From Isurus oxyrinchus (taxonomy: Eukaryota), in the NCBI GenBank assembly GCA_026770705.1, contig JANJGN010000027.1:22196001-22260000 (forward strand): DNA of 64,000 bases. The letters run 5' to 3'. The position numbers and the translations under genes are program-made. The notes under the pieces were generated by a model. That model had not been told where the DNA came from and made no database searches. It saw only the letters and a program-made list of their open reading frames with translations. Position 1 is the stretch's first letter. Each line of letters begins with the position of its first letter. Of the stretch, positions 1 to 14,345 are shown in pieces.

Positions 1-2889
1 AATTAAGCCAGGATGTCCAGAGATAATTGTGTCCATAAAGTTCTAATTCTGTCCTTACTGTTATTTATGACTAAACATTCAGCAATTTTGGAAATGGAAA
101 AAGAAAGTTGTTTACGGCATAGGATTGTGTCAACAGTACAGCATGAGGAGATGCAAAGCTTCGGGTGCTATAACTCAGTTGTGACAAGTTTAAACAGGCA
201 GTTTTCATTTTATAAGTGAACACAAAAATTATAATGGAAAAATTATCATTAGAAGTATGTGTGTGGGCTAAAGGTTTTGAATACATGAATGGTGACAGAA
301 CATTGGTCATAATCAAGGCTTGAAGATCATAAGCCTTTGCAGATTGATGAAGTAGAGTTTTAAGTTGCTGATTATATTAACATTGATCCAGTTGGTAAAT
401 TAATTTTTTGAAGAAATTCCTGCATAAGAGGAAACCAAAATGCTGCAAAAGATTATGCCCCCCCACCCCAACCACCCAACAGCCTCCGAATGTTGCGTGT
501 TTCTGCCAGGGAGTTTCTGTAGCTCCTCCTGCCCATTTCGTGTTTGGTTTCTTTTTGTGCGAGGGGTGCAATGCTTTGTTGCAACTGCCTAATGCCAGGA
601 TAATAACACAGCACCACACCGTGTGCTGGGCTGAGGGTGGTTTGTGGCTGCGTTTTGTGGTTTATCAAAAAAAAATTGGATTACCCCCTCCTCCCTTTCC
701 GAACCTCCTGACCAATCGGTTCAGGAATAAGCTGCAAATATTCAGCAGGTTCATCAACAACTGTCAGAAGAAGTGGCAAGTTAACATTTTGGGCTGCGAG
801 CTCTTTATTAGAGCTGGGAAACACTTGAAGCTCTCTACAACCAGAAGGAGAGGTTGACCATCAGCCTGACCAACCATATTTTAATTCAATTTGTGAAGCT
901 CTTTTTGTTATGCTGAATTTTCCTTTTTTGGTATTAACTCTTACTCCTTCTGAGTATTGTTCTGACTGGTTTATGCTCAAGGTATTAACCTGCGTTCTCT
1001 TCAGAGCTGCTGATGAGCAGCCAGCATGTTAAGTCTCTCTGGAGACTGTCTTTGACCCACCTTCTCTGCAGCCACGTTCACAGACTGTCTGGCGGAGATC
1101 AGGAATTCACCAGGTATCCCTCAGGCAGTGTGAACCTGCCCATCCCCACCCAAACTCTGAGAATGAAAGCACATTTGAAGAATTGTTGTCACTGAAGTGC
1201 CAGAAAGGTACAAGAAAGGACTTGCATCTGTTTCAAACCTTTGAGAGCCTCGGGATCACTGAATTATTTTCTCTTTAGGCACCAATGTACAGAAATGCAA
1301 CAGCCAATTTGCACACAGTGAGATCCCGCAGACAGCAGTGAGATATATTATAATTTGACCCATTGCCGTTCCAGGCCCCATAATGAAACTACGGGCCTCC
1401 GATTTCCTGGGCTTCCCTCCTGACCCCGACCAAGTTACCCATTCCTTCAGGTCCTCCTGACGGCCAAAAAGGAGGCAGCCTTCCAGGTTCAGGCAAGACA
1501 CGGGCGGAGCTCGGGCAGATGAGGCCTAGGGTTTAAAATCTGGCCCTCTCAGCCCCTTTCCATGTGTCCTTTGCCGAGAGTTCAAATCAGCCCACCAGGG
1601 TAAAGGCCCTTTAAGCACCTTGTGCTACTGCTGGGTCTGGTCTTTGTGTACAAATTCAACTTCTTCTCCGTATGACTGCACAAATAAAGTCAGCGCCACT
1701 GAGGTTTAATTTCAATCAGAATTCCTCACTATTCTCTTTAGCCTGACCAGGCTTTGCCTGTCACTTAGCCTTGTGTTAAGAGCCTTCCCAATTAGCTCAG
1801 ATTCAGTGTGTCAGTTAAGTCAGACACATAGCATGTTGCTTTAGGTGAAGAGGCAGGTGTGAGCAAGCCAGCTCAGATGTAGTCATTCTGCCAGTGGAAA
1901 GGATGAGGGTGGGTCATGGAAAGTCTGAGCACATTTTAAATGGGAACCAGATATAGTAATTAGGACTTCTGAGTGGAGCCATTGTCATGGATGGGGACAT
2001 TCAGTCATGCACATTGGGCAGATGATACACTTTACACTTGCACAGCTTCTTTGTGATGGAAAGTAGACACTGATCAGGAAACACACATGTTCAAACCCCC
2101 CCCCCCACCGAATGCTCTGTTACCTTCCCAATGCTGCTCGTAATCTTGTTGGTTAAGCGTTTTTGTTCTGAGCCGGCCTGGAAACTAAAATTGTCAAGTA
2201 ATTAGACCCCTGAATGAGAGACACAGTGCAGGCTCCTGCTTTCTCTGGAGGGTAACAATGTTAGTCTTGGCTAGGTTTACACGCGGGCTGGAGAAAGGAT
2301 CTGGCTGAGGGCAAATTCATTCGAGCATGCCTCCCAATGGACCAAGTAAAAGAGCAGCATCAACAACACTTGACTCTCTAGTATTATTTGCTCACTGTTC
2401 TTAATAGAAGTAAGTGGATAGGAAAAGGAGTTTGTGCAGTTTAGATGCATGAATTATTTGATGTTTGGTTATATTTTTCCTGACCGGTGTTCAATATTTG
2501 ATTTATATTGTTGAAGAAAGAACTGTAACTGTTTTCCTTTTCCAATTTTGCAACCCCCCCACCCCCCAACAAAGACCTGTTGATCCTTCCCTAACCAGTC
2601 ATTATTCAGGTGCATTAATGGAGAATGGCATCAGACTAGTTGCTGAAATAGCAAATTTGCCGAACTGTGGACCACTTCCTTCCCTTCGGCCCACCCATGA
2701 ACACATCATGTCTCTGCTGGATAGCAATCAGCAGCAGGGACCCAGTCCACCCTCCTCTTTAACCCAAGCAGACTTGTCAAATCAACTGCAGATTTCTAAT
2801 CGATCATTGCAACAGAGCTGTGAAGATGTATGATCCCAATATTATGCTGCAGGATGGGTAGCGACAGATAATTGAAGACTAAGTAAGAA

Positions 2890-3270
2890 AATCGCTTTGA
2901 TTTTTAACGTTTTCATCTTTGTCATCAAATCCTTCTATGGCCTCGCTAATCCCTATCTTTCTAACCTCCTACAACTCTCCCAAGATCTGTACACCCCTCC
3001 AATTCTGGCACCTGACCTATTGCCAATTTTCGTCACTCCAGCACCACTGCCTGAACCCCAAGCTGGAATCCCCTCTCTAAGCCTCTCTGCTTCTCTACCT
3101 CTCTCTCCTCTGTCAAGCCATTCCTTTAACCCTACCTCTTTATCCAAGTTTTTAGTCACTTGTCCTAACATTTCTTTTTGTGGCTCGGTGTCAAAGTTTA
3201 GTAATGCTCCTGTGAAGTTTCATAGAAAGTTTTACTATGTTAAAAGTGCTACATAAACACAAGTTGTTGG
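2890..3270 (+). mobile_element. L2 LINE 3' end remnant
   Basis: Decayed ORF2 tail followed by ttttactatgttaaaagtgctacataaacacaagttgttg, a typical L2 terminus. Confidence 0.55.
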
Positions 3271-5356
3271 TATTGGAAAGAACTTTAAGCTAGGGTGTCA
3301 GTTTCTATAGTCTAGTCAAAATAATTTGTCATCTTCAATCTAATTGATATTACAGTATGAAAGACAGGACAGCTCTTCAACAGAATGAAACTGGGTGTTT
3401 TTAAATTTATTAAATTTATTATTTCACTGCACTTGTAAAAGTAGTATATCATTCCGAATTTTTAATCTGATGTATTTGTGTAAATAGCTAAACAAAATTT
3501 CAGGAGGTTCTCATTGACGAATGGCCCTGACACGGTCCTAAACTGCAACCATGGTTGATACCTTCATTAAGGCTTGTTGAATTCTCGCATCAACGAGGTG
3601 TAAGTTACAAATTCTGTTCCTGTGCTGCATGGTTCTTGCTGGGTTTTCTGATGCTGAGCTCCAAAAGTGACTCTGCTGGCAAGCATATTCTGCATTTCAT
3701 GTGAAACACCGTGAGTCATCAGCCCTGACACCAGAAATTGCCCGAGAGGACTGCTCAGTTTGCATGTCATTCAACTGTATCTGGGTTCCTGTTCATTTTA
3801 AGATGCTCTGACATTTTCACTCCAGGAAATGTGAGAGCATTTAACTCCCAGAATTACCCTCCATGTTGGATGCATCTGAATGTTGTGCTCTGTGATATTT
3901 GTATAACATTCATTTTCCTTTCCCATGCTTCTGTATACTCTCAATTGCAAATAAATCCACTAATTGCTCTTAGCCTGCAAATAATTCTGATTTGAATTTT
4001 GGTTCAATTGCCTACTGATGTAACTGAGAAATTTAGATGCATAAAGTCCATTTTGCTGCTATTAAAATAGTTGTAGGTTTTGGGTTGCATTATGGTTGTA
4101 GAGACAGACTGCAAAAGGATAGTGTTACACGTTGACAATGTGCAGGTTTTCTGATAAAATTGCAGTCAGGTCATCTGAAAAAAATGTTCCATTTTAAAAA
4201 AAAAACATTGTAATGCTAGAGTGTGATTTATAATTTATATATCAGGAATGTCTGAGGTTTATGGGACATTTACTGACTGAATCAACCAATGAACAATCAG
4301 GTAAACCTGTGTTAAATGTAATAATTTTATCACATGCACAGTCACTGGAGAAGAGGAGTGTGGGATCCCCTACCGGTTTTCTTGGCATATGTTGCATCTC
4401 CCTCTCCATGTGATTAAGTTTATATACCAGATAAGAGGTTATAGTTTCATCAATTGAGTGAAAGTTTAAGAAGTTAAAATATGAGCAGTTACTCTTTGTT
4501 CTGAAGGCTAAATTCTATTATTCTCCCACTTAATGGTACATCCAGGATTTCAGGTGAGCCTTCTCCAGAGCCGCCCAAATGCCGCTGTGAGGTGCTCACT
4601 GGGTGGTGTCTGAAAGCAGCTCGCGGATAATGGCCCTGCCGAGTTCTCCTTCTGCCCTGTGAGGAAATATCTGACTAGCCATTCCATTCTGCACTCCGAC
4701 ATGATAGAGATCGGGAGCTAACTTTGCCCGGGAGTTCAGGGATATGTCCTTGTACCATGCAATCCAACTTGACCCTTAATTTCCCAGGCGGTCAGTCTGT
4801 TGGCACCAGTGACCAGCTATGTGCAGGTTTTCAACGCTGTCAAGTGATTCCTTTTGAAGGATGTTTCCTGATGAAATGTTGTGAATAAGTTGGAAAACTG
4901 AATAATTGTTTGTAAAGGGAAACCATCTTTTCTTTCACATTAAACCTTAGCAGTTTTTCTTTGAAAGTGTGTGTGCAGAGATATCTTCCCATATAGGCTG
5001 ATCTGCCCCAAGAGTTTCCACATGAATGAACTTTGCCCTCTGTTCACTTTTTAATGTTTAGCAGTGGTTTAGAAAGTTCTGTTTGTTTCCTTATTTAGTC
5101 TTGGCCTCCGTTAGGGAACATTCCTCCTCAATAGAATAAACAGGATCTGCGTAGATCACTTGGAAATGGCAGTCCTCTTTGTCTTATCCCATAGTTAATA
5201 TAAAAATGTCAAACTCGTTGCTCTCAACACTCGAAAAAGTCAGAGCTAAATAACACACAGCTTTAATCTGAATTGACATTTATTTTCAGTGTTAACCAAA
5301 TTGAACGATGGTTTCATTGAGTTATTGATGAAGCAATAAGATAGGACATGAGGGGG

Positions 5357-5728
5357 AGATGGTGGTGTAGTGGGTAATGTCACTGAGCTAGTAATCCAGA
5401 GGCCTAGACTAAACCTCTAGGGACACTGGTTCAAATCCCACCATGGCAGCTGGTGGAATTTAAATTAAATTAGTAAATCTGGAATTGAAAGCTAGTCTCA
5501 GTAATGGTGACCGTGAAACTAACATCGATTGTTGTTAAAAAAAAAATCTGGTTCACTAATGTCCGATAGGGAAGGAAACCTGCTGTCCTTACCTGGTCTG
5601 GCCTACATGTAATATGGTTGACTGTTAACTACCCTTCAAAATGGCCTAGCAAGCCACTTAGTTCAAGGGCAATGAGGGATGGGCACAAGTGCTGACATTG
5701 CCAGTCCCACCCACTTCCCATGAAAAAA
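5357..5728 (+). mobile_element. tRNA-derived SINE with LINE-shared 3' tail
   Basis: A-box tggtgtagtggg, B-box ggttcaaatccc, body aaagctagtctcagtaatggtgacc, tail gggcaatgagggatgggc. Confidence 0.85.
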
Positions 5729-6189
5729 GAAATGTTTTAAAAGTCCTGTGCATTCTCTCTCTCTCTCTAACTCATTCACTCTCCTATGCTTCCCTTGCTC
5801 ACTCAGTTGTATATTGCAGTCACGTGTTGCAGGATGTCATCACTAAGCTGCTTCTTTCTGTGTCCTTAAAAAGGTAGATAGATTTTCTTGAAAGCAGATA
5901 ATGTAGTAGTGATGCAGGTAGCCAGTTAGCATAGACTTACCGTGCTGCAGGATGCAACTGGACACGTCTGAAGTGTCTAAAACAAGGAGCCCCTGATGTC
6001 ATTACATTGTTTGAGGAGGGAGGGCAAGAGGCAGAGAACAGAAGGTTTCAACGAGGAGAAATCAAAAACTAAACCAACCAGAACCCTTCTTCATTCCTCC
6101 TTTCATCAACTTCTCCGCTGAAGGCCATGACTCATACACTTTCCTGTGATTCATCCAAATACTTGTCCTCTATCAATGAAGGATGAAAA

Positions 6190-7770
6190 GAACAACTTGT
6201 ATTTATTCAGCGCATTAAAAAAAAACTCCCAAAGCAAAATTTGACACAGAGGATCATAAGGTGATGTTATAGCAAATGGCCAAATGCTTTGGTCAAAGAG
6301 ATAGCATTTAGGAAGCATCTTAAAGAAAGAAAAAGATGCGGAGAGGCGGACAGCTGGAGGGCCCAAACAGCGGATGGCACGGAAACCAATGGTGGAGCGA
6401 TTAGAACCGAGGATGGTCAAAGGGCCAGAATCAGATGAGCACAGATATCTCAAACGGTTGTGGGGCAGGTGGACATTCCAAAGATAGTGGGGGACGAGAT
6501 CATGCAGGGATTTGAAAACACAGATGAGAGTTTTAAAATTGAATTGGCGCTTCAGCAGGAGCTGGTGTAGGTTAGCAAGGGGTGATGGGTGAACGGGACT
6601 CGGGACATGGATAACCTCAAGTCTATGGAGGGTGGAATGTGGGACACTGCAAAGAGTGCTTTGAAATACTCAAGTCTGGAGGTAACAAAAGCGTGAGTGA
6701 GGATTTCAAAGCAGACAAGCTGAGGTGATGTGAAGTTGGATAATATTACAAAAGTGGAATTAGATGGTCTTAGTTATTGTATAGGTTTGTGGTCAGAAGC
6801 TAATCTTGGGCTAAAATGTGACACCAAAGATGTGACTGGTCTGGTTCAGTCTCAAACAGTTCCCAGGGAGAGTTTGCAGTAGGGACTAAAGAAAATGGCT
6901 TCAGTCATTGGAGGAAATTTCTGCTCATGCAGTATTGGATGTCGGACAAGCAATTTGATCATTTAGCAATAATGGAGGAGTCAAGAGGTGGTGGTGGTGG
7001 TGGTGAGGTAGAGCTCGAGATCATCAGCATTCAAGTGAACACTCTTACTGTGCTTTTGGTTGATGTCTCCAAGGGCTAGCATGTAGAGGAGAAATAGGAG
7101 GGGGCCAAAGGAAAACCCTTGGGGGACACCAGAGGTAGCGGTGTGGGAGCAGGAAGAGAAGCCATTGCAAGTGTTACTCTGGCTATGATTAGATAGATAA
7201 GGGTGGAACTGGCTGAGAGCAGTCCTACTCAGCTGGATGGCAGTGGAGACATGTTGGAAGAGGTTGCTGTCGTCAACCATGTCAAAGTGTAGACAAGTCG
7301 AGTAGGATGAGGAGGGGCCATTTACCTTTGTCATAGTCACATAGGATGTCATTTGTGACTTTGGTGAGAGCCATTTCCGTACTGTGGCATGTTGGAAACC
7401 TGATTGGAGGGATTCACACATGGAGTTCCAGAAAGGATGGACATGGGGTTGAGAGGCAGCAACACATTCAAGGACTTTGGAGGGGAAAGGGAAATTGGGG
7501 AGGGGGCAGTAATTCGCAAGGACGGTGGGACCAAGGATTGGATTTTTGGAGGACAGAGGTGATGGCAGCAGAGTTAAAGGAGAGAGGGACTACACCTGAA
7601 GAAAGAGAACCACTAACAACATCGGCTAACATGTGGGGACCAGGTGGGGAAATTGGGCAGTCAGCAGTTTAGTGGCAATAGTGGATGGATTTGTTGAACA
7701 AGAAGCTCGGAGAAGATGAGAGGGGAATAGGAGAGGAACTAGAGAAAGGTGCGAGTGACATTAATTGTTG
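6190..7770 (-). mobile_element. Decayed L2/CR1-group LINE, RT region to 3' end
   Basis: ORF 6981-7421(-) has SGVPQGFSFGPLLFLLYM...LNADDLELYL (degenerate GVPQG and YADD RT motifs). Confidence 0.85.
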
Positions 7771-10494
7771 GCAGGATTTTTGACTCTCGAAAACTTGATA
7801 GTTGAGCTGATGGCTGTCCTCCCCTGACGTGTAAGCAAGCGGGCGATTACGTAGTAAGCCATTGGCTAACAGCTAGGAACAGGAAATGTTCCCCTGTCTG
7901 CCGTTAACTGTGTTCCTCTCTGTAGATGCTGCCAGACCCGCTGAGATTTTCCAGGTATTTTTATTTTAATTTTGCCCTGTGGCTCCCCTGGCTGCAGTTA
8001 GAATGGGACTTGAATGTGGGACCTTCTGATCTATACAAGTCTGCAGTATGTTTGGTGTTGCTTAATTTACATTTTAATGGCCATTTGCCAACTTTGTAGT
8101 GAGGCCCTAAACAGGGCATAAATATAGTGAATCTATCTTTAATCTTACACTTTATACGCACGTTTCCTGCCGGTCACACTTCAGGTGTCATGCACTGTTA
8201 AATGCAAATTTCTGCTGTCAAATCTGAAAGCAGATCTTTAAAAATTAAGGGCCGTCACTTAGAATCTCTCCAGATTATTAGAGCAAGTGACCAAGTCAAG
8301 GATCAAAACCAAGCCAAGGATCCAACTTCTAGCCTAAACAGCAATCACATTTTGAATTAAACTGGCCAATAATTAATATCATCAACTTTTGGCACCTGAT
8401 ATGGGCACTCAGAATAATGAGAATAATGCACCTTTGTTTCAAATGAAATAATGTTCCTGCCCTTGTAAAGCAACACGTTCTGCCGACTTGCTGAGCAGCA
8501 CCTCGGGAGGGGAGTGAGTTTTCTGTCTGGCATCTGTCACACTCGACACCAGGTTTCAAAGTGCTAACAGAATAGAAAGTTGGGCCGTTATTTCACGCCG
8601 GTTTCTTCGCAATTGGAGCCGGGAAAAGCTATAAGCACCTGCCAACCAAAAGCGTTAACTTATTGTCCTTGGGATGCGCCTATTTACAGCGCCGAGACTT
8701 TGTGGCATTGAAGGGAAAGGCCGGATAGTGTATGGCACTTTGGTAGTTGAATAATGCCCAACCATTGCAGGGCACAGCGTTTCAGCTGTGTTAGAGCAGT
8801 GTGGCTTCTGATCTGTAAGCAATACCACGAGATATCTGCATTTAAAAATGCTGGGGCTAGTTTGTAAAACTCATAATATGGCAACAAGGCTGATGCCTTT
8901 TTAATTAAACCATAGTGGGAGGGAGGGAACTTTTTTGCATAATTGATTTCACTTTTAAAACACCTTTCAGTTTTTCGGTAACGCTTCTTTGTCAACCATC
9001 TTGGGAATTGCCCGCTAGCCCTCCACAAACTGTGATTCAGTTGGAGTGTTCTAACCTCTTCTGACTCTGAAGTTAATGATGTGCTAAAGCCCAGCAGCTA
9101 AATATTGGGATCACAGCTCTGCTAAGCTGACCTGGCATTAGAGGCAAAGCGGGTGATTTGTTAAGAGAATCAGTGTTGTACGTTTGGGCCAGGAGAGATG
9201 ATACAGTCCAGTCTTCATAAACTTCCGGCTAATTTTCCGAGACATTTGATGCTGGGATTGTGGCCTCTGACCTGCAATTATACCCTGGAAATGTATGGTG
9301 GGATCATTTGTCCAGAATCATTTGGAAACCCCAATACCTAACCCTTCTGCTGTTCTTTTCAAGATTGACTGGCATCCTCAACTCAATAACAATCCTGGAA
9401 TGTGTTCCATTTTTGAATTTGTGCACACGGCGCTACACTTCCTGGGATTCTCTTGCAGGATTTTATTTTGCCGGTCCCTTTTTCTTTCCGTCAGCACTCC
9501 AAGGGAAGCTCCTCGCTGTCTGCTGTCCTCTGGCAATAAATTGGAGTCTGAGTCCCCAGTCCAAGTTTAGCTTCCCTGCAATCCCCTTCACCCTCCAGCC
9601 CCCAACCTTCCCCATCCTCACGCTCCTTCTGTTTGGAAGTTGGGCCAATCCAGACTAACATAGGTTTTCCTGAGTGTAGCCCTGGCCATGTTTTGTTTTC
9701 CAGCCATCGCCTTCAAGAACATTTGTACTCGAGCAGAGATCTTGACTGATCTCTGCGTGTCGAACTGCCCTCTGAGGAGGAGGGTGAGCCTGAAATATCA
9801 GCTGACAACAATTGCATTCAGGCCTCCTAACCAGAAAACCCATCGAGGTATGGATTTCACAGCTTTGGAAATCTCCCTTCAAAAGGAGAGAGTGGGGTTT
9901 AAATTACTCATTCCAATTGCTGAGTGTTTGCCATGACTCATTATTCTGAAAGCTGGGCATCTTGTGTTTTCCTGCAGTGTTTTTGAAGAGAAAAGGACTG
10001 TGTGTTTATACAGTTCATGTCTTCGTATTTTGGTGAAGTGCCTCAAGGTGCTTTTCTGTGTGGAAGGCACTATATAACTACAATATGCTAAATAATAGTG
10101 AGGTTGTAAAGCACTCTGAGGAGTAATCCCTCTCCCCTGCCTCCCATAGCTGTTTGACGCTGAAAATAAAATGAGGTCTAAATGCATTTTAAGCAGCAAT
10201 TTGCCTCAGACACAATTGTTGCCAGGAAATTATGCTTTACGGCCCCAATGAAAATTCAGTTTAGAGGCCAGCCTTCACCTGAGAATTGTTCTTCCTCTTT
10301 GAAGAGAAATAACTTGTGTTTACCGAGCTCCTTATCAATGTCCTTATACTACTGTGAAATGCTTTGGGGCGTGCTTTCTTAATTTATAAATACAATTTGT
10401 TATTGTCCCAGAGCTCTTTACAACTAATGAATAACTTCTGAAGTGTTGTTACACAAGCAGTCAAAGCAGAGTGAATGCATACGTGATGGTTGGC

Positions 10495-10660
10495 ATGGTC
10501 GCTTTTACTGAGACTAGCTTTATATTCCAGATTTTATTCATTGAATTTAGATTCCACCAGCTGTCGTGGTGGGATTTGAACCTGTGTCCCCAGAGCATTA
10601 TTAGCCTGGGCCACTGGATTACTAGTCCAGTGGCTTTACCACTATGCCACCATCTCACCT
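10495..10660 (-). mobile_element. tRNA-derived SINE 5' half, antisense
   Basis: tactgagactagcttt...gtggtgggatttgaacc...ccactatgccaccatctc. Confidence 0.75.
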
Positions 10661-12470
10661 GACCATCTTACAAAGGTTCCGATGGTTCATGGCAAAGGAG
10701 AAGCAGTCCGCTAGTGAATGGGGGCTGTTCACCTATGGAAATCCAGGGCAGTTGAAGAGATTGTTGTTTGATATGAACTGTAGTAATTGGGTCCTTCTGG
10801 GGCTCCAAAGACCCTGCTCTCCCTGGCTAGTAACCGGTCTTCATGCTGCTGCGTCCCATGTTTACATTGCAGGAACAAGTTCCCATACCCCAACAGTAGA
10901 ATTGTAGATGCATATTTTCAGGGGTTTGGGGCCATTTCTCACAATATAAACATGAGGCGTCAAAGAATGGACATAACTCCCCAATCGTATGAGCCAGATG
11001 CTTTAATATTGGCTTAGAATAATTCTAGTTCCCAGCAGGCAGGTCTTGCACCATTGGTGGTGATCCTAAAGTAAGCCCTGATTCTCTAGACGTGCTGCAG
11101 TATGGTTTGAAAGCAATGAATGGGCAGTTGCTTTCTACACTGCACAAGGCCAGTGCCAGGATGGCTAGTATCCGAAACACACAGTGGAGGGACTCGTTAA
11201 GAGTGGTGGCCCGATAGGCCCAGTGAGAATGGGAGCTGGTGGCAGATCACAGCCTGAAGGTGCAGCTCATAGTACTGAGGAAAACGAGATAGGAAGCTAA
11301 GTTGAGGATGCTGACTCCTGTTGGAAGGTGGAGACCAGTGAGTTCAGTAGGCTGCAAACGAAGAGCTGGAAAAATATTGTTAGGTGATGCACACAGGTTA
11401 ACTCAACCCAGGCAGTGGAGCTCGTGCCTTATTTCTCTCCAAGAAGTTGCGATTCATTGTGAAACAAAGCTTCCATGTTCTTGCTGGAACTTGTTTCTCT
11501 ATGTGAAAACCAGCAGTGGCTGGAGGATTCGAGGTCTTGAATGGCGAAGGAGAGGCGCTTTTAGTTGCGCTGCTGGGCATTGCTTCACTTTTCAGTGACC
11601 CATTTCTCAATTTCAGCATGAAAATGAGACCCAACTTTCTTCCAAGTCCTCAGCACTAATTAAACCCCCAGCTCCGTTACAGCGTGATGCTGTACATACC
11701 AACATTTTTTAAAAAAAATGGAAGTTTAAAGAACTGTGTCTTTGAGTTGCCATGGAAGATCACCATCAGAGGAAGGGGCCACTGGTCAGCTAATGGTGAC
11801 CTACAAAGCCCTCGCACTGCACTCCCACCTGCAGACCCCCAAGAGATGAACAGTGGACACGAAGAATCAGCAGTGATACAAAGCTGAGAGAAGAAGCGTT
11901 GCTTGCGAGACGGAATGGTATAAAAGATGGATAACATGTCCGCTTTGCAGCGGCAGTCACTGAGATCGCATCCAGCAGGAGCACAGCTCAGGAAAAACAT
12001 GACCCAAAAGCTGTTGGATCGTCACAAAAGCCCCACTGGTTTCACTAACGCTCTTCTAAAGGAAGTGAATCTTTTGCTCTTTCCCGTGCCTGGTCCTCAA
12101 TGGGAATGCAGTTCCACATCGATGTGGTTGACTGTCCTCTCCGGGCAACTGAACGTTAAACCTCACCCTTGCCAAGGGTGTCCAAAGGCCGAGAATGATT
12201 TATTTTTTTTAAAACTGCCCAGCCTGTGATTTTTCACCCTCTCCGGCCAGGAATGCTGCAGTGAGCACATGCCTATTAATCGGCTAATGTCGTCTTTCTC
12301 CCCTTCCAATGGCATCATTGTGGCGGGGGGGGGGGGGGGGAGAGTACCTTCAGGGGGGTGGGGACCAGTCAAGGAAGAGAGAAATTGCATTGAAATAGCA
12401 CCTTTCACAGCCCCAGACTTTCCCTTGTATTTCACAGTTTGGTAGTGTCATGTTGTAACATCTGCAACGT

Positions 12471-13052
12471 GGGGCAGGATTCCACCTCCACCCCCACCCG
12501 CCAAATTGGGGGCAAAGTTGAAGTGTGGGGGGGGGGGCACCATTTTACGAAAGAGTGCACTCATCTCCCTGAAGCTAAGTGCTGCCTTTACTGTCAAAAA
12601 TATTTAAAATAGAAGAGAAAAGAGAATTCCCTGACATGTCCCCTCATGTGACACTATTACATGAGTTGGGACAGGCCCATAATTTTTTTTAAAAAGCTTT
12701 AATTAAATTTATTTTAAAAGCTACACGAAACCTCACCCCGCCCGCGGATGAGGTTTCATTGCTTTTTCTAATTCTCGCCAAGGCTCCTGGCCTGTCCACC
12801 AACCTTAAGGTTGGACGGGCAGGTCCGTTGATCGGTTTAGTGGTCAACTGCTGGCCATTGACAGGTGGGCGGGTGCACAGCTGATTCTGCAGAGACCCCC
12901 CCCCAACCTTCCTGAAAATTTAAATAAGGCGGGACGACATCAGGAGTTCCACCCAATGTCACCACGCGTCATGTTGTGCGTTGGCGAATTGGGCCCCCCA
13001 CCCCCTCTCCCCCCCCCCACCCCCTCGCTCAGCGACAGGAAAATCCTGCCCC
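12471..13052. mobile_element. Non-autonomous DNA transposon (Harbinger-like TIRs)
   Basis: ggggcaggat...atcctgcccc termini; internal motifs (cttaaggttgg, catgtccc..gtgacact) shared with 48690-49260; TSD not clear. Confidence 0.55.
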
Positions 13053-13614
13053 ATGTAGCAGAAAGGATGGGGATGTGGATTATTCCATGAGCTAGGCAGA
13101 GTATGCAGAACCAGAGGGGCGTGTCCCAGAGTACATGTGCAAAGTTGAGCCTAATCATAGTGCTTATACCTTGGGTGTGGCTTGTACCTGTTGTGGTTTC
13201 TGTAAATTGGTTGAGATATTCTTTGTCTGGGCAAGACTGGCATTTGCATTCGTCATATCACAAGATGGTTTTTTTTTTTGGAGCCTTCCATTCTTCAGGC
13301 AGTACCAGCCCCCTTCAGTGCCCTGGTCTCTCACCTCTAACCTTTCAAGGGTGTGGCTGAGATCAGAACTCTGTGCATGAGGCACAGAACAATGGTCTTA
13401 GAATAACATCTATATCAGAAAAATAATGATGCAGCGGGCTGTCAGTCGATGAGTTGTGATCTCTAAGGTATGGCTTATTGCTATTGTGGTTTCTATGGAA
13501 ATATGTGATAAGGTCCATGCACGAGCTTGATTGGCATAGATTAAATCTCAGCTGCATTGGTTTTACACTCCACTCCACCAGTGCAATGCAAAGCTGTGGA
13601 TTTCTTTATTTTCC

Positions 13615-13925
13615 TTTATTCATTCATGGGATATGGGTGTCACTGGCTGGGCCAGCATTTATTGCCCATCCCTAGTTGCCCTTGAGAAGGTGGTAGTGAG
13701 CTGCCTTCTTGAGTCACTGCAGTGCATGTGGTGTAGGTACACCCACAGTGCTGTTAGGGAGGGAGTTCCAGTATTTTGACCCAGCGACAGTGAAGGAACG
13801 GTGATATATTTCCAAGTCAGGATGGTGAGTGACTTGGAGGGGAACTTCCAGGTGGTGGTGTTCCCATGTGCCTGCTGCCCTTGTCCTTCTAGATGGTAGT
13901 GGTTGTGTGTTTGGAAGGTGCTGTC
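13615..13925 (-). mobile_element. Same CR1-group LINE 3' end, antisense
   Basis: Reverse complement of the 59900-60218-type sequence. Confidence 0.7.
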
Positions 13926-13944
13926 TAAGAGATATACAGCCTTT

Positions 13945-14345
13945 AGGAATCAGAAGGTTATGGGTTCAAGTCCCACACCAGAGATTTGAGCGCAAAACAA
14001 TTCTATGGCTGGCACTGAGAGGGAGCTGCACTGTCAGAGCTGCTGCCTTTTGGATGTCCCGTCTGCTCTCTCAGATGGACATATACGATCGCAGGACTTT
14101 ATTTTGAAGAAAAGCAAGGGAGCTATTCCGCGTGTCTTGGGAAGCATTTACCAAGCACTAATCAACTCTAAACAGATTATCTGGTCATTGCTGCATTGCT
14201 GTTGGTGGGAGCTTGCTGTGCACAAATTGGTTGCCTCATTCTCTACATTGCCATGGTGACCACACTTCAAACAGAAGTGCTCCATTGGCTGTAAATAGGG
14301 ACACCCTCAGGTGGTAAAAGGCACTATAAAAATGCAAGTCTTTTC
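13945..14345 (+). mobile_element. Deu-domain SINE (SacSINE1/AmnSINE1-like)
   Basis: Head tcagaaggttatgggttcaagtcccac; Deu-like core tggtcattgctgcattgctgttggtgggagcttgctgtgcacaaattggttgcc; L2-like tail. Confidence 0.75.

Noticed and set aside
4865-4900. CTGATGA...GAAA hammerhead-like spacing (also a CTGATGA at ~1010)
   Set aside because: No pairing stems or cleavage triplet in register
5357-5445. tRNA gene (A and B boxes)
   Set aside because: Head of a multi-copy SINE; no cloverleaf
7900-7972. Additional hammerhead copy
   Set aside because: Only the downstream part of the repeat (gatgctgccagacccgctgag) remains; the ribozyme core is absent
11919-11926. TATAAAAG box followed by a 100-aa ORF
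   Set aside because: Isolated motif expected by chance; the ORF has no recognisable features
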